Below are positions 30,292-46,841 of a DNA stretch of 64,000 bases, piece by piece (within the stretch, counting starts at the first letter, position 1; each line of letters starts with the position of its first letter). The notes under the pieces are model-generated. The model saw only the letters and a program-made list of their open reading frames with translations. It had not been told where the DNA came from and made no database searches. A program made the translations under genes and the position numbers. The DNA lies in assembly GCA_022826745.1 (NCBI GenBank), contig JAJDUI010000026.1, forward strand, positions 22,458 to 86,457, written 5' to 3'. The DNA comes from Thermoanaerobaculia bacterium. GTDB lineage: Bacteria > Acidobacteriota > Thermoanaerobaculia > Multivoradales > Multivoraceae.

Positions 30292-31551
30292 TCACCGCCG
30301 CAGTCGCAACTGCGCCACGGTTTCCAGGTGGGCCGTCTGCGGGAAGACGTCGAAGAAGGCGACGGACTCGAGGTCGAAGTCGCGGGTCAGGTCGCCGAGG
30401 TCGCGGGCGAGGGTGGCGGGATCGCAGGAGACGTAGGTCAGGCGGCGGGGCGCGGCGTTCAGGAGGGCGCTGCGGACCTTGCGCGGAAGGCCGCCGCGGG
30501 GCGGATCGACCAGCACCCGGTCGAGGCCGGAATCCAGACCGGGACCGCCGCGGCGCCGATCGACCCAGCTCTCGACCGCCGATCGTTCGACGCGGCAGTG
30601 GCGGAGCCGGTTGCGGCGCAGGTTGTTCCGCGCGTAGCGGGCGGCCACCGACTCGCCTTCCACGGCGGTGACGGACCCGTACCGGTCGGCGAGTCCGGCG
30701 GTGAAGAAGCCGACGCCGGCGTAGAGCTCCACCGCGGCGTCGCCCTCGAAGGGCCCGACCGCCGACCGCAGCAGCGACTCCAGCAAACCCCCGTGGGCCT
30801 GGAAGAAGCAGCGGGCGTCGTAGCTGAGCTTCCTCCCCAGCAGGTCGATCTCCAGGTCACCACTCGGCAGCCCGTCAACGGGTGGCGCCGCCACCACCGG
30901 ACTGTCCGGCTCCAGACCCGCCGTCGCCAGACTCAGGCGGCTCGGCAGCTTGGTCGAAGCGACGGCCGGGTCGCCAGACAGCGAGGACAGCCCACGCAGC
31001 TCGTTCTCGAGCGCCGGAGCGAGTACCGGGCAGCGGTCGACGAGGACCAGGTCGTGGCTGCGACGCCGCCGGAAACCGACGCCGACGGACCCCTCCGGGG
31101 GCGAGACGACATGGACCTGGGCGCGCAGCCGGTAGCCCCACGCCCTCTCGCCGACCGGCTTCTCGAAGCGGCACGCGGCGAGCTGCGCCGGGTCGATGCC
31201 GCCCAGCCGGCGCAACGTCTCCCTTGCAGCCGCCGCCTTCAGTCCCAACTGCGCCGCGTCCTCGATGTGCTGGAGTTGGCAGCCGCCGCAACGCTCGTAG
31301 AACGGACACGGCGCCTCCCGCCGCAGCGGCCCCGGAGTCTTCACCTCTTCGATCTCCGCGCGGGCGTAGCTCGGGCGGCGCTCGGTGATCCTGAGCTCGA
31401 CCACGTCGCCGGGGGCGGCCCGCGGCACGAAGACCGGCATCCCGCGCCACCGCGCGAGGCCGTCGCCGCCGAGCACGAGCTTCTCGATGGTCAGTTCGAG
31501 GCGATTGATGCCGGCCAGGGCCGCCAGCGCTTCCAGGCGTTCGGCCGACAG
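30292..31551 (-). CDS. rlmD: 23S rRNA (uracil-C5)-methyltransferase RlmD/RumA family (TRAM + 4Fe-4S + SAM MTase)
   Basis: TRAM domain LELTIEKLVLGGDGLARWRGMPVFVPRAAPGDVVELRI. Cys cluster CPFYERCGGCQLQH. MTase motifs LYAGVGFF and DPPRGG. The 5' end is unresolved: the track ORF extends to 31719 through a low-complexity T/A-rich stretch that overlaps another gene, and no ATG/GTG/TTG lies near the expected start. Boundary placed at an in-frame CTG with a GGAAG SD. Confidence 0.75.
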   Translation of the reverse strand: MSAERLEALAALAGINRLELTIEKLVLGGDGLARWRGMPVFVPRAAPGDVVELRITERRPSYARAEIEEVKTPGPLRREAPCPFYERCGGCQLQHIEDAAQLGLKAAAARETLRRLGGIDPAQLAACRFEKPVGERAWGYRLRAQVHVVSPPEGSVGVGFRRRRSHDLVLVDRCPVLAPALENELRGLSSLSGDPAVASTKLPSRLSLATAGLEPDSPVVAAPPVDGLPSGDLEIDLLGRKLSYDARCFFQAHGGLLESLLRSAVGPFEGDAAVELYAGVGFFTAGLADRYGSVTAVEGESVAARYARNNLRRNRLRHCRVERSAVESWVDRRRGGPGLDSGLDRVLVDPPRGGLPRKVRSALLNAAPRRLTYVSCDPATLARDLGDLTRDFDLESVAFFDVFPQTAHLETVAQLRLRR

Positions 31552-31573
31552 CGGCCGCTTCCGGGGAGTCGGC

Positions 31574-31834
31574 TCAGTCTTGGTCGTGGTCGTGGTCGTG
31601 GCCGTGGCCGCCGCCGGTGTGGCGCCGCCCGTGTTCCCAGGCCGGATCCCGGCGCGCGAACTCATCGAGCTCGCGCGGCACTTCGACGAGAGTCCGGCTG
31701 CGTTCCGGGTCGCAGACATCGTTCTCGCACTCGTAGACGTAGACGTTCCAGTCGTCGCGAGGGCGGTAAGCGCAGAGCGTCTGGTAGGTGTCGCAGTAGC
31801 CGCACTTGATCGAGAGGTTGCGGATGTTGATCAC
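31574..31834 (-). CDS. small cysteine-rich protein (putative Zn-ribbon) with His/Asp-repeat C-terminal tail
   Basis: VINIRNLSIKCGYCDTYQTLCAYRPRDDWNVYVYECENDVCDPERSRTLVEVPRELDEF...GGGHGHDHDHDQD. Strong GC3 codon bias despite N/I/Y/K-rich composition argues for real coding. CxxC..C..CxxxxC arrangement. GTG start. Located 48 nt downstream of the TlpA-like gene. Confidence 0.6.
   Translation of the reverse strand: MINIRNLSIKCGYCDTYQTLCAYRPRDDWNVYVYECENDVCDPERSRTLVEVPRELDEFARRDPAWEHGRRHTGGGHGHDHDHDQD
31582..31608. repeat. hexanucleotide microsatellite (GGTCGT)3 plus a degenerate unit
   Basis: Encodes the HDHDHD tail of the small protein on the minus strand. In-frame repeat. Confidence 0.6.
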
Positions 31835-31882
31835 GACGCGATGGCCCTTCCGGTTCGCGGGAACCGCCGCCCGTCCCGGGCC

Positions 31883-32434
31883 TCAGCCGGCGGCGGACGC
31901 GAGCGCCTCCTCGATCGCGTTGCGAACCACGCTGGCTCCGGTGATGCCGATCGAGATGTATGAGAGGTCGCCCCGCGGGTCCAGCACCAGGAGGGTCGGC
32001 AGAGCGTAGAGTCCGGCCGCGCCCATCACCTCTTCGTCGGGGTCCAGCAGCACCGGGTAGCTGAACGGGGTCTTCTCGACGTATCCGCGGACCGTTTCCA
32101 GGTCCTCCCCGCTGTTCAGGGCGAGGAAGGACACACCCCGGCCGGCGTACTCCTCGCGCAGCCGCTCGAGGATCTCCGCCTGGACGACGCAGGGCTTGCA
32201 CCAGCTCGCCCACATGTCGACCACGACGACGTCGCCCCGCAGGTCCGGCGGACCCAGCCGCGATCCGTCCAGCGTGGCCAACTGGAAACTGCTCAGGATC
32301 GGATCGAGTTCCGACACCTCCGGCGGCTCGGCACCCGCGAGAATGCTCGACACGAGGAAGCCGAACACCGTCACCAGGACCGCCCCGGCCACGCCCAGGC
32401 CGACCAGCAGGCCGACCGCCAAACGCCTCGTCAT
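31883..32434 (-). CDS. TlpA/ResA-family periplasmic thiol-disulfide oxidoreductase
   Basis: N-terminal membrane anchor, thioredoxin fold with WASWCKPCVVQAE (WCxxC) active site, and TlpA-like spacing. Confidence 0.8.
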   Translation of the reverse strand: MTRRLAVGLLVGLGVAGAVLVTVFGFLVSSILAGAEPPEVSELDPILSSFQLATLDGSRLGPPDLRGDVVVVDMWASWCKPCVVQAEILERLREEYAGRGVSFLALNSGEDLETVRGYVEKTPFSYPVLLDPDEEVMGAAGLYALPTLLVLDPRGDLSYISIGITGASVVRNAIEEALASAAG

Positions 32435-32469
32435 GCCGGCAGACTAGCAGCCTGAGGCACACATGCGCG

Positions 32470-35346
<2,877 letters not shown>

Positions 35347-35489
35347 CTGCTCCCTCCCTGGTCGACACGGTCCCGACGTGGTCCCGTGCGCATAAGCGGT
35401 GAATGCCGAACTGTAGCCCAGAACGCCCCTCCGGCGCAAGCAGAATCGCCGCGAAAACCACTTCATGTAGCCCCAGGAGGTCCCGGCGG

Positions 35490-35537
35490 CCACTAGATAT
35501 GGGCATTCATCGGTCTATAGCGCTTTATCGATAAATG
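35490..35537 (-). promoter_or_regulatory. putative tandem NrdR boxes upstream of nrdJ
   Basis: Minus-strand tgcCCATATCTAGTGg (35490-35505) matches 11 of 16 positions of the NrdR box consensus acaCwAtATaTwGtgt. A second, degenerate palindromic site TTTATCGATAAA (35524-35535) sits 32 bp centre-to-centre from the first. Both lie about 140-190 nt upstream of the ATG. NrdR is encoded in this window. Confidence 0.4.
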
Positions 35538-35601
35538 CGGAGCATCTTCGGATAGAAGCACTGGATCCTGCGGATTCGAGGCGGCGATAAGCTCCTCTGC
35601 C

Positions 35602-37170
<1,569 letters not shown>

Positions 37171-37174
37171 GCCG

Positions 37175-37447
37175 GTGAAGTCTGCCTACGAGAGGGCGCT
37201 CGAGAAGCTCGAGAACCGGGGCATCGCGGCGCCCCGGCAGGACGCCCTGGACGAAGACCAGCGGCGCCAGATCGAAGACGCCCGCAGCCGCCACCAGGCG
37301 AAGGTGGCCGAACTCGAGATCCTCCACCAGAAGAACCTCGCCGCCGATCCAGCCAGGCGGCTCGAGGAGGAAGAGAACTACCGCACCGAGCTGCGGCGTC
37401 TCGCCGAGCGCCTGGAGAGCGAGGTCGAGCGCATCCGCCAGGGCTGA
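37175..37447 (+). CDS. small coiled-coil hypothetical protein (90 aa)
   Basis: Complete ORF 5 nt after the MCM stop. Charged helical sequence. No recognisable family. Confidence 0.4.
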   Translation: MKSAYERALEKLENRGIAAPRQDALDEDQRRQIEDARSRHQAKVAELEILHQKNLAADPARRLEEEENYRTELRRLAERLESEVERIRQG

Positions 37448-37454
37448 AGCGGAC

Positions 37455-40700
<3,246 letters not shown>

Positions 40701-41021
40701 GAGCGCGCGGAGTGTACAGGCAAACCGGACGCGTTCCCGGATCGCGGCGCGCACCGAAAAACACGACGCGGAGGAAACACTTCGACCCCGGCTCGCGTAT
40801 ACTCTTTGTCAGAGGCGGCACCGAACCACAGGCAAGGATCGATCGGCAACCGGCCAATCGACTTCGCGCCCTGGCTCCCGTGCCGTCACCCACCGGGTCG
40901 CGACTGGACGCGTCCGCGTCCAGAGGAACTGCAACCCACCCCCGGACACAGTCCGGACCTGCCTTCAAACCTCAACTTCCGCTCAGCGGCCACGGGCCGA
41001 CTGAGGCGCGATTCAAACCCG

Positions 41022-41049
41022 GGAGGGGTTGCTTTCCAGCAACCCCTCC
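41022..41049 (-). terminator. strong stem-loop downstream of lolE (putative intrinsic terminator)
   Basis: GGAGGGGTTGC-tttcca-GCAACCCCTCC is an 11-bp perfect stem. On the minus strand it is followed by GGGTTTGAAT, a weak T-tract. Confidence 0.4.
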
Positions 41050-41084
41050 TTCCACGTCTGGCCGGCGGACTACTTCCGGCGGCG

Positions 41085-42329
41085 CTACTCCCAGTGGAGC
41101 GCCCGCGCCGGCTCGAGCGACGCCGCCAGCCGGGCAGGCCACCAGCACGCGAGCCCGACGACGAGGAGGCTGAAGCCGGCCACGGCCAGCAGGTCCAGCG
41201 CCCGCACGTCGAACGGAACGCTGCTGATGAAGTAGATCTCGGCCACGCCGGGATCGAACCGTACGAGTTCGTAGCGGGTGATGATCACGCTGACCAGCGA
41301 ACCGAGCAGCAGACCGAGGCCGGTTCCCGCGGCGCCCAGACTCAACCCGCAGGCCAGGAACACGCGTTTGAGCCGTCGCGGGCCAAGCCCCAGCGCCCCG
41401 AGCACCGCCGTGTCCCTGCCCCGCTCGCGCACCATGACGACCAGCGCCGCGGCGATGTTGAAGGTCGACACCAGCACGATCAGGCCCAGCACCAGGAACA
41501 GGCCCCACTTCTGCAGCCGAAGCGCCGCGAAGATCTCCCGGTTGCCCCGGCGCCAGTCGGTGACCAGCGCATCGCCGCCCACCAGCTCCTCGATTCTCCC
41601 GTGCACCACCGACGGGTCGGCGCCCGGCGACGTCGCCACTTCCAGGACCACTCCGACCGCGCCGAGGGCCTCGACCGCCTCCCGGTGCAGGACGGCGTAG
41701 CTCCGGTCGTACTCGGAGAACCCGGTCTCGAAGGCCCCGGCGACCCGGAGCGTGCGGTAGGCGAAGCGCGGCTGGCCCGAAGGCGAACCGACGATCGCCG
41801 TCAGCCGCAGCAGGTCCCCGTCCGCCGCGCCGAGCGTCCGCTGGAGCTGGCGGCCGAGTACGACCGCGTCGATGCCGTCGGCGTTCCGTCCGAGTTCTTC
41901 GTCGCCGGCCCCGAAGGAGGAAGCCCCCGGCAGGACGCCCCGGAACCAGACGTCGATGCCGGCCGGATTCGTCCCGCTCGCCAGCGCGCCCTGGCCGGCC
42001 AGCGTCACGCCGACCCGTTCCACTCCGGCCAGCCGTCGCAGTCGACCGGCCGTTTCGTCGGCCGCGGCGAGATCCCCCGCGGCTTCACCCAGTGGCGTGA
42101 CGACCAGAGGCCCGCTCTGAAGCAGCCGCGTCTCGACGGAGCCCGTGTAACCGCTCATCAGCGCCATCGAGACGACCATCGCCGCCACGCCCAGACCGGT
42201 CGACCCGAGGGCCGACCTCGCGGTGCCCGTCAGAAGCCGGCTTCGTCCCCCGAGCAGGTAGCGCGCGGCGATCCACCAGACGACCCGGCGGCCCCGCGCC
42301 GAAGCACCCGACTCGTGGGCGTCACCCAC
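41085..42329 (-). CDS. lolE: lipoprotein-releasing system permease LolC/LolE (FtsX-like)
   Basis: 414 aa. N-terminal TM, a large periplasmic domain, then three C-terminal TM helices (FtsX fold). Overlaps the carA stop by 8 nt. Confidence 0.78.
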   Translation of the reverse strand: MGDAHESGASARGRRVVWWIAARYLLGGRSRLLTGTARSALGSTGLGVAAMVVSMALMSGYTGSVETRLLQSGPLVVTPLGEAAGDLAAADETAGRLRRLAGVERVGVTLAGQGALASGTNPAGIDVWFRGVLPGASSFGAGDEELGRNADGIDAVVLGRQLQRTLGAADGDLLRLTAIVGSPSGQPRFAYRTLRVAGAFETGFSEYDRSYAVLHREAVEALGAVGVVLEVATSPGADPSVVHGRIEELVGGDALVTDWRRGNREIFAALRLQKWGLFLVLGLIVLVSTFNIAAALVVMVRERGRDTAVLGALGLGPRRLKRVFLACGLSLGAAGTGLGLLLGSLVSVIITRYELVRFDPGVAEIYFISSVPFDVRALDLLAVAGFSLLVVGLACWWPARLAASLEPARALHWE

Positions 42330-43392
42330 AGACGTCGAGGAACTCCCCGAAGAGTCGCGCGGCGTCGTGCGGCCCCGGCGCTGCCTCCGGGTGGTACTGG
42401 ACCGAGAAGATCGGCCGTCCGGTCGCCTTGAAGGCCTCCACCGTCCCGTCGTTCAGATTGATCGCCGCCACCTGGCAGTCGTCGGGAAGGCTGTCGCCGG
42501 CGAGAGCGAAGCCATGGTTCTGGCTCGTGATGGAAACCTCGCCCGTCTCCTCGTCACGGACCGGCTGGTTGCCGCCGTGGTGCCCGAACTTCAGCTTGAA
42601 CGTCGTGCCGCCCAGCGCCAGACCCAGGAGCTGGTGGCCGAGACAGATGCCGAACAGCGGCATCCTGGAGTCGATCAGTTCACGCACCTCGCCGATGATC
42701 TCGTGGAGTGGTTCCGGGTCTCCCGGCCCGTTCGAGAGCACCACGCCGTCGACTTCCAGGGCGAGACAATCGCGAGCCGGCGTACGCGCCGGCAGCACGA
42801 CGACCCGGGCGCCCTGCCGGACCAGCGACCGAAGGATGTTCCGCTTGACGCCGAAGTCGTACACCGCCAGGCGGACCTTCTCCTCGCCCTCCGGCCCGAG
42901 CTCGTACGGCGCCTGGCAGGTCACCTCGTCGACCAGGGCCCGGCCCTCCATCGTCGGCTGCCGCCGCACTTCCTCGACCAGCTCGGCGTCCGGCCGGTCG
43001 CAACTCGTGATCAGCCCCCGCATGGCGCCGTGGTCGCGCAGGCGCCGCACCGCGGCCCGCGTGTCGATGCCCGCGAGCGCCGGCACGCCCGCCGCGTTCA
43101 GGTAGGCGCCCAGCTCGCCATCGCCCAGTCCCGAGCGGCGGGCCGTGAACTCGCGGACGACGAACCCTTCCACCCAGACCCGGTGCGACTCCTCCGCGTC
43201 GTCGTACGTCCCGTAATTGCCGATGTGGGGCTGGGTCATGATCACGATCTGACCCCGATAGGACGGGTCCGTCAGGATCTCCTGGTAACCCGTCATCGAG
43301 GTGTTGAAGACGACCTCCGCGAAGCGGCTGCCCTCGACCAGGCTCTCGCCGTGAAAGACGGAACCGTCCTCGAGAATCAGACGGCCCGTCAC
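42322..43392 (-). CDS. carA: carbamoyl-phosphate synthase small subunit (glutamine amidotransferase)
   Basis: LILEDGSVFHGESLV..., GICLGHQLLGLALGG, and the HPE triad. GTG start overlaps the epimerase TGA (GTGA). The 622-aa track ORF is an upstream run-on in a different frame context. Confidence 0.85.
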   Translation of the reverse strand: MTGRLILEDGSVFHGESLVEGSRFAEVVFNTSMTGYQEILTDPSYRGQIVIMTQPHIGNYGTYDDAEESHRVWVEGFVVREFTARRSGLGDGELGAYLNAAGVPALAGIDTRAAVRRLRDHGAMRGLITSCDRPDAELVEEVRRQPTMEGRALVDEVTCQAPYELGPEGEEKVRLAVYDFGVKRNILRSLVRQGARVVVLPARTPARDCLALEVDGVVLSNGPGDPEPLHEIIGEVRELIDSRMPLFGICLGHQLLGLALGGTTFKLKFGHHGGNQPVRDEETGEVSITSQNHGFALAGDSLPDDCQVAAINLNDGTVEAFKATGRPIFSVQYHPEAAPGPHDAARLFGEFLDVCG

Positions 43393-43790
43393 CGCGCCGG
43401 CTCCGACAGTTCCAGCAGCACGCCGCCGGCGCTCTTCGGGTGGACGAACTGAACCGTGGCGCCCTCGGCGCCGGGGCCGGGCCGCTCGCGCAGGAGAGAC
43501 AGTCCACCGTCCCGCAGCTTTCCGTCGTCCTCGTGAACGTCGTCGCTGCGCATGCAGAGGTGGTGTATGCCCGGGCCGCGGCGCTCGAGGAAGCGCCCCA
43601 CCGGGGAATCGCTCGACAGCGGCTCCAGGAGTTCGATCCGCGTGCCGCCGCAGGGAATCATCGCGACCCGGACTCCCTCGTGCTCGACCACCTCGATCGC
43701 CGTGATCTCGAGCCCCAGCTTCTCGTAGAACGCCCTCGCCTCTTCGATCGAAGAAACGGCGATCGCGACATGGTCCAGACCCGTGATCAT
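43389..43790 (-). CDS. methylmalonyl-CoA epimerase (VOC/glyoxalase family)
   Basis: MITGLDHVAIAVSSIEEARAFYEKLGLE..., HEGVRVAMI, and GPGIHHLCMRSDD are typical of the epimerase. Confidence 0.8.
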   Translation of the reverse strand: MITGLDHVAIAVSSIEEARAFYEKLGLEITAIEVVEHEGVRVAMIPCGGTRIELLEPLSSDSPVGRFLERRGPGIHHLCMRSDDVHEDDGKLRDGGLSLLRERPGPGAEGATVQFVHPKSAGGVLLELSEPAR

Positions 43791-44851
43791 TGCTGTGCGC
43801 CTCGGTGTTGCCGGAATCCGCCGACGAACTCGCCGACCAGCCGGTCCGCCAGATCGTAGGGATCGACCGGATCACAGGGATCGCTGGCCGGCCCGGTTTC
43901 CAGCGGCGCCCGATTCTGCTGCGAATCGGCCTCCCCGTCCAGCGCCTTCGAACCGCTGGCGGCCAGGAGCGCCCGCGCGAACCCGTCGTCGTCGATCGAG
44001 CCCATGGCGAGCCGCAGGACCTCGGCGCGGTACAGGTCGAGCACCCGGCGCCGCAGGCGGGCCGCCCGCCGGTCGCGAATCTCGCCTCCGGCCCGCAGCC
44101 GTTCGAAACACGCGGACACCGCGTCCAGGACCTCCGCCGCGCCTTCGTCGGTCCGGGCCACGGTCGACAGCACGGCCGGCGGCTCGCCACCGGCTCCGTC
44201 CGCCAGGTCGAGCATCTCCACGATGGACCGCCGAGCGGCGGCGGCGCCCGGCAGATCGCTCTTGTTGACGACGAACACGTCCGCGATCTCCATCGTCCCG
44301 CTCTTGATCGCCTGAACGCCGTCGCCCAGGCCGGGCGCCGTCACCAGGACCACGAGGTCCGAGTTCCGGCGAATGGCGGTCTGGGCCTGCCCCGTGCCCA
44401 CGGTCTCCACCAGAATCCAGGGAAAGCCTGCGGCATCGAGCAGGTCGGTCGCCGCGGCGGCGGCCTGCGCCAGTCCGCCACCGGCGCCGCGCGAGGCCAT
44501 TGACCGGATGAATACGCCCGGATCGGTTTCCAGGTCGGACATCCGCACCCGGTCGCCGAGCACGGCGCCGCCGGTCAGCGGGCTGGTCGGGTCGAATGCG
44601 AGCACCGCCACCGGCTCTCCCCGTTGCCGGAGTTCCCGGGCCAGAGCGGCCGTCAACGTGCTCTTGCCGACCCCGGGCGGTCCGGTCAGACCGATCATCA
44701 TCGCGCGGCCGGCACGCCGCCAGGCCGTCTTCGCGAGGGCCTGCGTATCCACGCCGCCCTCGATCGCGGTCAGAGCCCGGCCCAGCCGCCGGGTCTCGCG
44801 CCAGGGCTCGGCGCCAGCCAGCCAGGCGTCGGCGGTCCGATCGACGCTCAC
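43787..44851 (-). CDS. meaB: methylmalonyl-CoA mutase-associated GTPase MeaB/ArgK
   Basis: IGLTGPPGVGKSTL P-loop, ILVETVGTGQ, and VVNKSDL (NKxD). GTG start overlaps the SpoIID-gene TGA (GTGA). Confidence 0.85.
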   Translation of the reverse strand: MSVDRTADAWLAGAEPWRETRRLGRALTAIEGGVDTQALAKTAWRRAGRAMMIGLTGPPGVGKSTLTAALARELRQRGEPVAVLAFDPTSPLTGGAVLGDRVRMSDLETDPGVFIRSMASRGAGGGLAQAAAAATDLLDAAGFPWILVETVGTGQAQTAIRRNSDLVVLVTAPGLGDGVQAIKSGTMEIADVFVVNKSDLPGAAAARRSIVEMLDLADGAGGEPPAVLSTVARTDEGAAEVLDAVSACFERLRAGGEIRDRRAARLRRRVLDLYRAEVLRLAMGSIDDDGFARALLAASGSKALDGEADSQQNRAPLETGPASDPCDPVDPYDLADRLVGEFVGGFRQHRGAQQ

Positions 44852-46677
44852 GATGCGAACCTGCCGATCTCGACCGCGCCGTAGTAGTGCCAGAGGATCT
44901 CCCGGTAGGTCAGACCGCGCTGCGCCATGAGGTACGAGCCGACCTGGCACATGCCGACGCCGTGGCCGCGGCCGCGGCCGGCGAAGCGCCAGCCGGGAAC
45001 GCCCCCGTCGCCCGCTTCGGCGGTCACCCGGAGGAGGTGTTCGGGGATGTCGAGCAGCCAGCGGATCGCCAGACCCTGCAACTCGACCGAACTCCGCTCA
45101 CCGACCAGGTCGATGCGCGCCACCCGACCCGAGACGCCGCGCTCCAGCACTCTCATGGACCTGAGCCCGAGGCCGGGGAAGCGCTTCTCGACGGCGGCGC
45201 GCAGCGAAGCGTGCGACCGCCAGAACGACCACGGCTCCGCCTTCGGTTGATCTCCAGTTCGCGGCGTCTCGTGAACGACCAGGACCACCTGGCCGCGGAC
45301 CAGGTAGACGCGCAGCCGGTCGCCCGGCGCGGCCGTCAGGGATGGCGCCGGTACGCCGAGCTCGCCAGGGGGCGTCCCAGGCGGGACCTCGGTCACCAAC
45401 AGCGCCGACTCGGAAGCCAGCGGCACCAGCCGGCGGCGGCCCTGCTGGCGCAGGTCGAGCCAGCCGCCGGCGAGGCCGCCCAGGCTCCCATGGGCAACTT
45501 CCAGGTCGCCGCCGGAACGGGCGCGGTCCAGTCGCTCATCGACCCGTCTCTCGCGCACCCCGCGAGCGCCGATGGACCTCAGCAGGTGCCTGGCGGGCGA
45601 GTCCTCGGCGCCGCCAGCCAAGGTCACGACTCCCCCTTCGACACAAGCCGTCGCCAGGGGGCCTCCGCCCGCCAGAAGAGGGAAGACGTGATCGACGAGT
45701 TCCGTGCTGCCGCCGCAACTCGCCGTGAACAGCGCCTCCTGGAGGGCGCCGTCACGAAGCAGGATCTCGCCGCCGGTCGCCGCGATCGCGCGGTCCGAGA
45801 CGGGGTGCTCAACCTCCAGGCCGCCGTACACCTGGCACAGCGGCGTGGCGCAGAGGTCGTAGCCCTCCTCCTCGAACTCGCCCAGGCGCTTTGCCGCGTA
45901 GGTGCGCGCGGCCACGGCCTGCGCCTTGATCGCCTCGAGCTCGGGGTACAGGTCCGGACCGAGCTCGACCGGTACGACGCCGCGCAGGTAGTCCTCGAGC
46001 GGCGCCGCGTTGACGACGTTCAGTCCGGCCCGATCGCTCAGGAAGACCTCGAGCGCACCGCGGTAGCGCCGGCCCAGGATGCGAACGACACCGCCGGCCG
46101 ACTCGAGCCGCAGCCTCCGTCCGGCAACCCTGCCGATCCCGTCGACCTCGAAGCCCGGCTCCTCCAGAACCTGGCCCTCGATGGTGATCCAGACGTCGTC
46201 GAACCCTTCGACATGAAGCCGGCCACGAGCAGCCTCCGCCGCCTCCCGGTCGCCGAAGCGGCCCACGCGGACCCGGTACAGGCCCGTGCCCGCGTCGAGC
46301 ACTGAGTCCGCCCGCTGATCGAGCAGATCCGCCAGCCGGCCGGCCAGCTTTTCCGCCTGCACCCGATCCCTCAACGCCGCCACCTGCAGGCGATGGACTC
46401 CCGGGCTCGCCGTCCCCGGCGCGGCCAGCACCTCGAAGGAGCCGGCAACCTCATACCGCCGGCCCGCGTCGTCCACAAGCCACGAAGCCCCGTCGCAGCA
46501 GGAAACCTCGACCCGCTCCAGGTCCGTGGCCAGCCCGAGCCGAATCTCCTCCGGCAGCACGATCGACGGAGGAGACGCCGTCCGGTTCGGCGCCGTCGCC
46601 AGCAGCAGGCAGGCCACGGCGACCAGACCCAGGTTGGTCAGGTGCCGCTTGACCGTCTGTGACCCGCGTACTCCCAT
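44848..46677 (-). CDS. SpoIID/LytB-domain protein with SPOR domain
   Basis: Signal peptide. A SPOR-like region (HRLQVAALRDRVQAEKLAGRL...YRVRVGRFGDREAAEAA) and a SpoIID/LytB domain (AIKAQAVAARTYA...LCATPLCQVY...FTASCGGSTE). Confidence 0.72.
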   Translation of the reverse strand: MGVRGSQTVKRHLTNLGLVAVACLLLATAPNRTASPPSIVLPEEIRLGLATDLERVEVSCCDGASWLVDDAGRRYEVAGSFEVLAAPGTASPGVHRLQVAALRDRVQAEKLAGRLADLLDQRADSVLDAGTGLYRVRVGRFGDREAAEAARGRLHVEGFDDVWITIEGQVLEEPGFEVDGIGRVAGRRLRLESAGGVVRILGRRYRGALEVFLSDRAGLNVVNAAPLEDYLRGVVPVELGPDLYPELEAIKAQAVAARTYAAKRLGEFEEEGYDLCATPLCQVYGGLEVEHPVSDRAIAATGGEILLRDGALQEALFTASCGGSTELVDHVFPLLAGGGPLATACVEGGVVTLAGGAEDSPARHLLRSIGARGVRERRVDERLDRARSGGDLEVAHGSLGGLAGGWLDLRQQGRRRLVPLASESALLVTEVPPGTPPGELGVPAPSLTAAPGDRLRVYLVRGQVVLVVHETPRTGDQPKAEPWSFWRSHASLRAAVEKRFPGLGLRSMRVLERGVSGRVARIDLVGERSSVELQGLAIRWLLDIPEHLLRVTAEAGDGGVPGWRFAGRGRGHGVGMCQVGSYLMAQRGLTYREILWHYYGAVEIGRFAS

Positions 46678-46760
46678 CGCTCCGTTACATACGTTATTGG
46701 AAATACGCCAAAGCGGCCGTTTCTTCGAAAGGTGCCGGCCTGGCGGCCGGCGCGTTCTCC

Positions 46761-46799
46761 GCCGCCTTCGGCGGCAGCGGGTCAGAAGACCCGCGCACC
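46761..46799. repeat. REP-like intergenic element, copy 1
   Basis: GCCGCCTTCGGCGGCaGCGGGTCAGAAGACCCGCGCACC contains two hairpins (GCCGCC-ttc-GGCGGC and GGGTC-agaa-GACCC). Near-identical copy at 51739-51778. Confidence 0.6.
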
Positions 46800-46841
46800 C
46801 AGAGCGACGTATAGCCGAACTGAGGGATTCCAGTCCCGCGG

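Noticed and set aside
35347-35601. Cobalamin riboswitch in the nrdJ leader
   Set aside because: No B12-box (GCCACTG) on the coding strand and no recognisable conserved core. NrdR-type control is more consistent. Not excluded without a covariance-model scan.
40701-41021. carB leader searched for an ARG box or PyrR-binding loop
   Set aside because: Only short imperfect palindromes (TCGATCGG...CCAATCGA). No convincing match to known operator or attenuator consensus.
42322-44190. 622-aa ORF spanning carA plus upstream sequence. Also 574-aa glpX ORF at 54398-56122
   Set aside because: Upstream portions overlap the well-supported epimerase/MeaB and acyl-CoA dehydrogenase genes and are low-complexity. 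Genuine starts are the GTG codons at the GTGA junctions.
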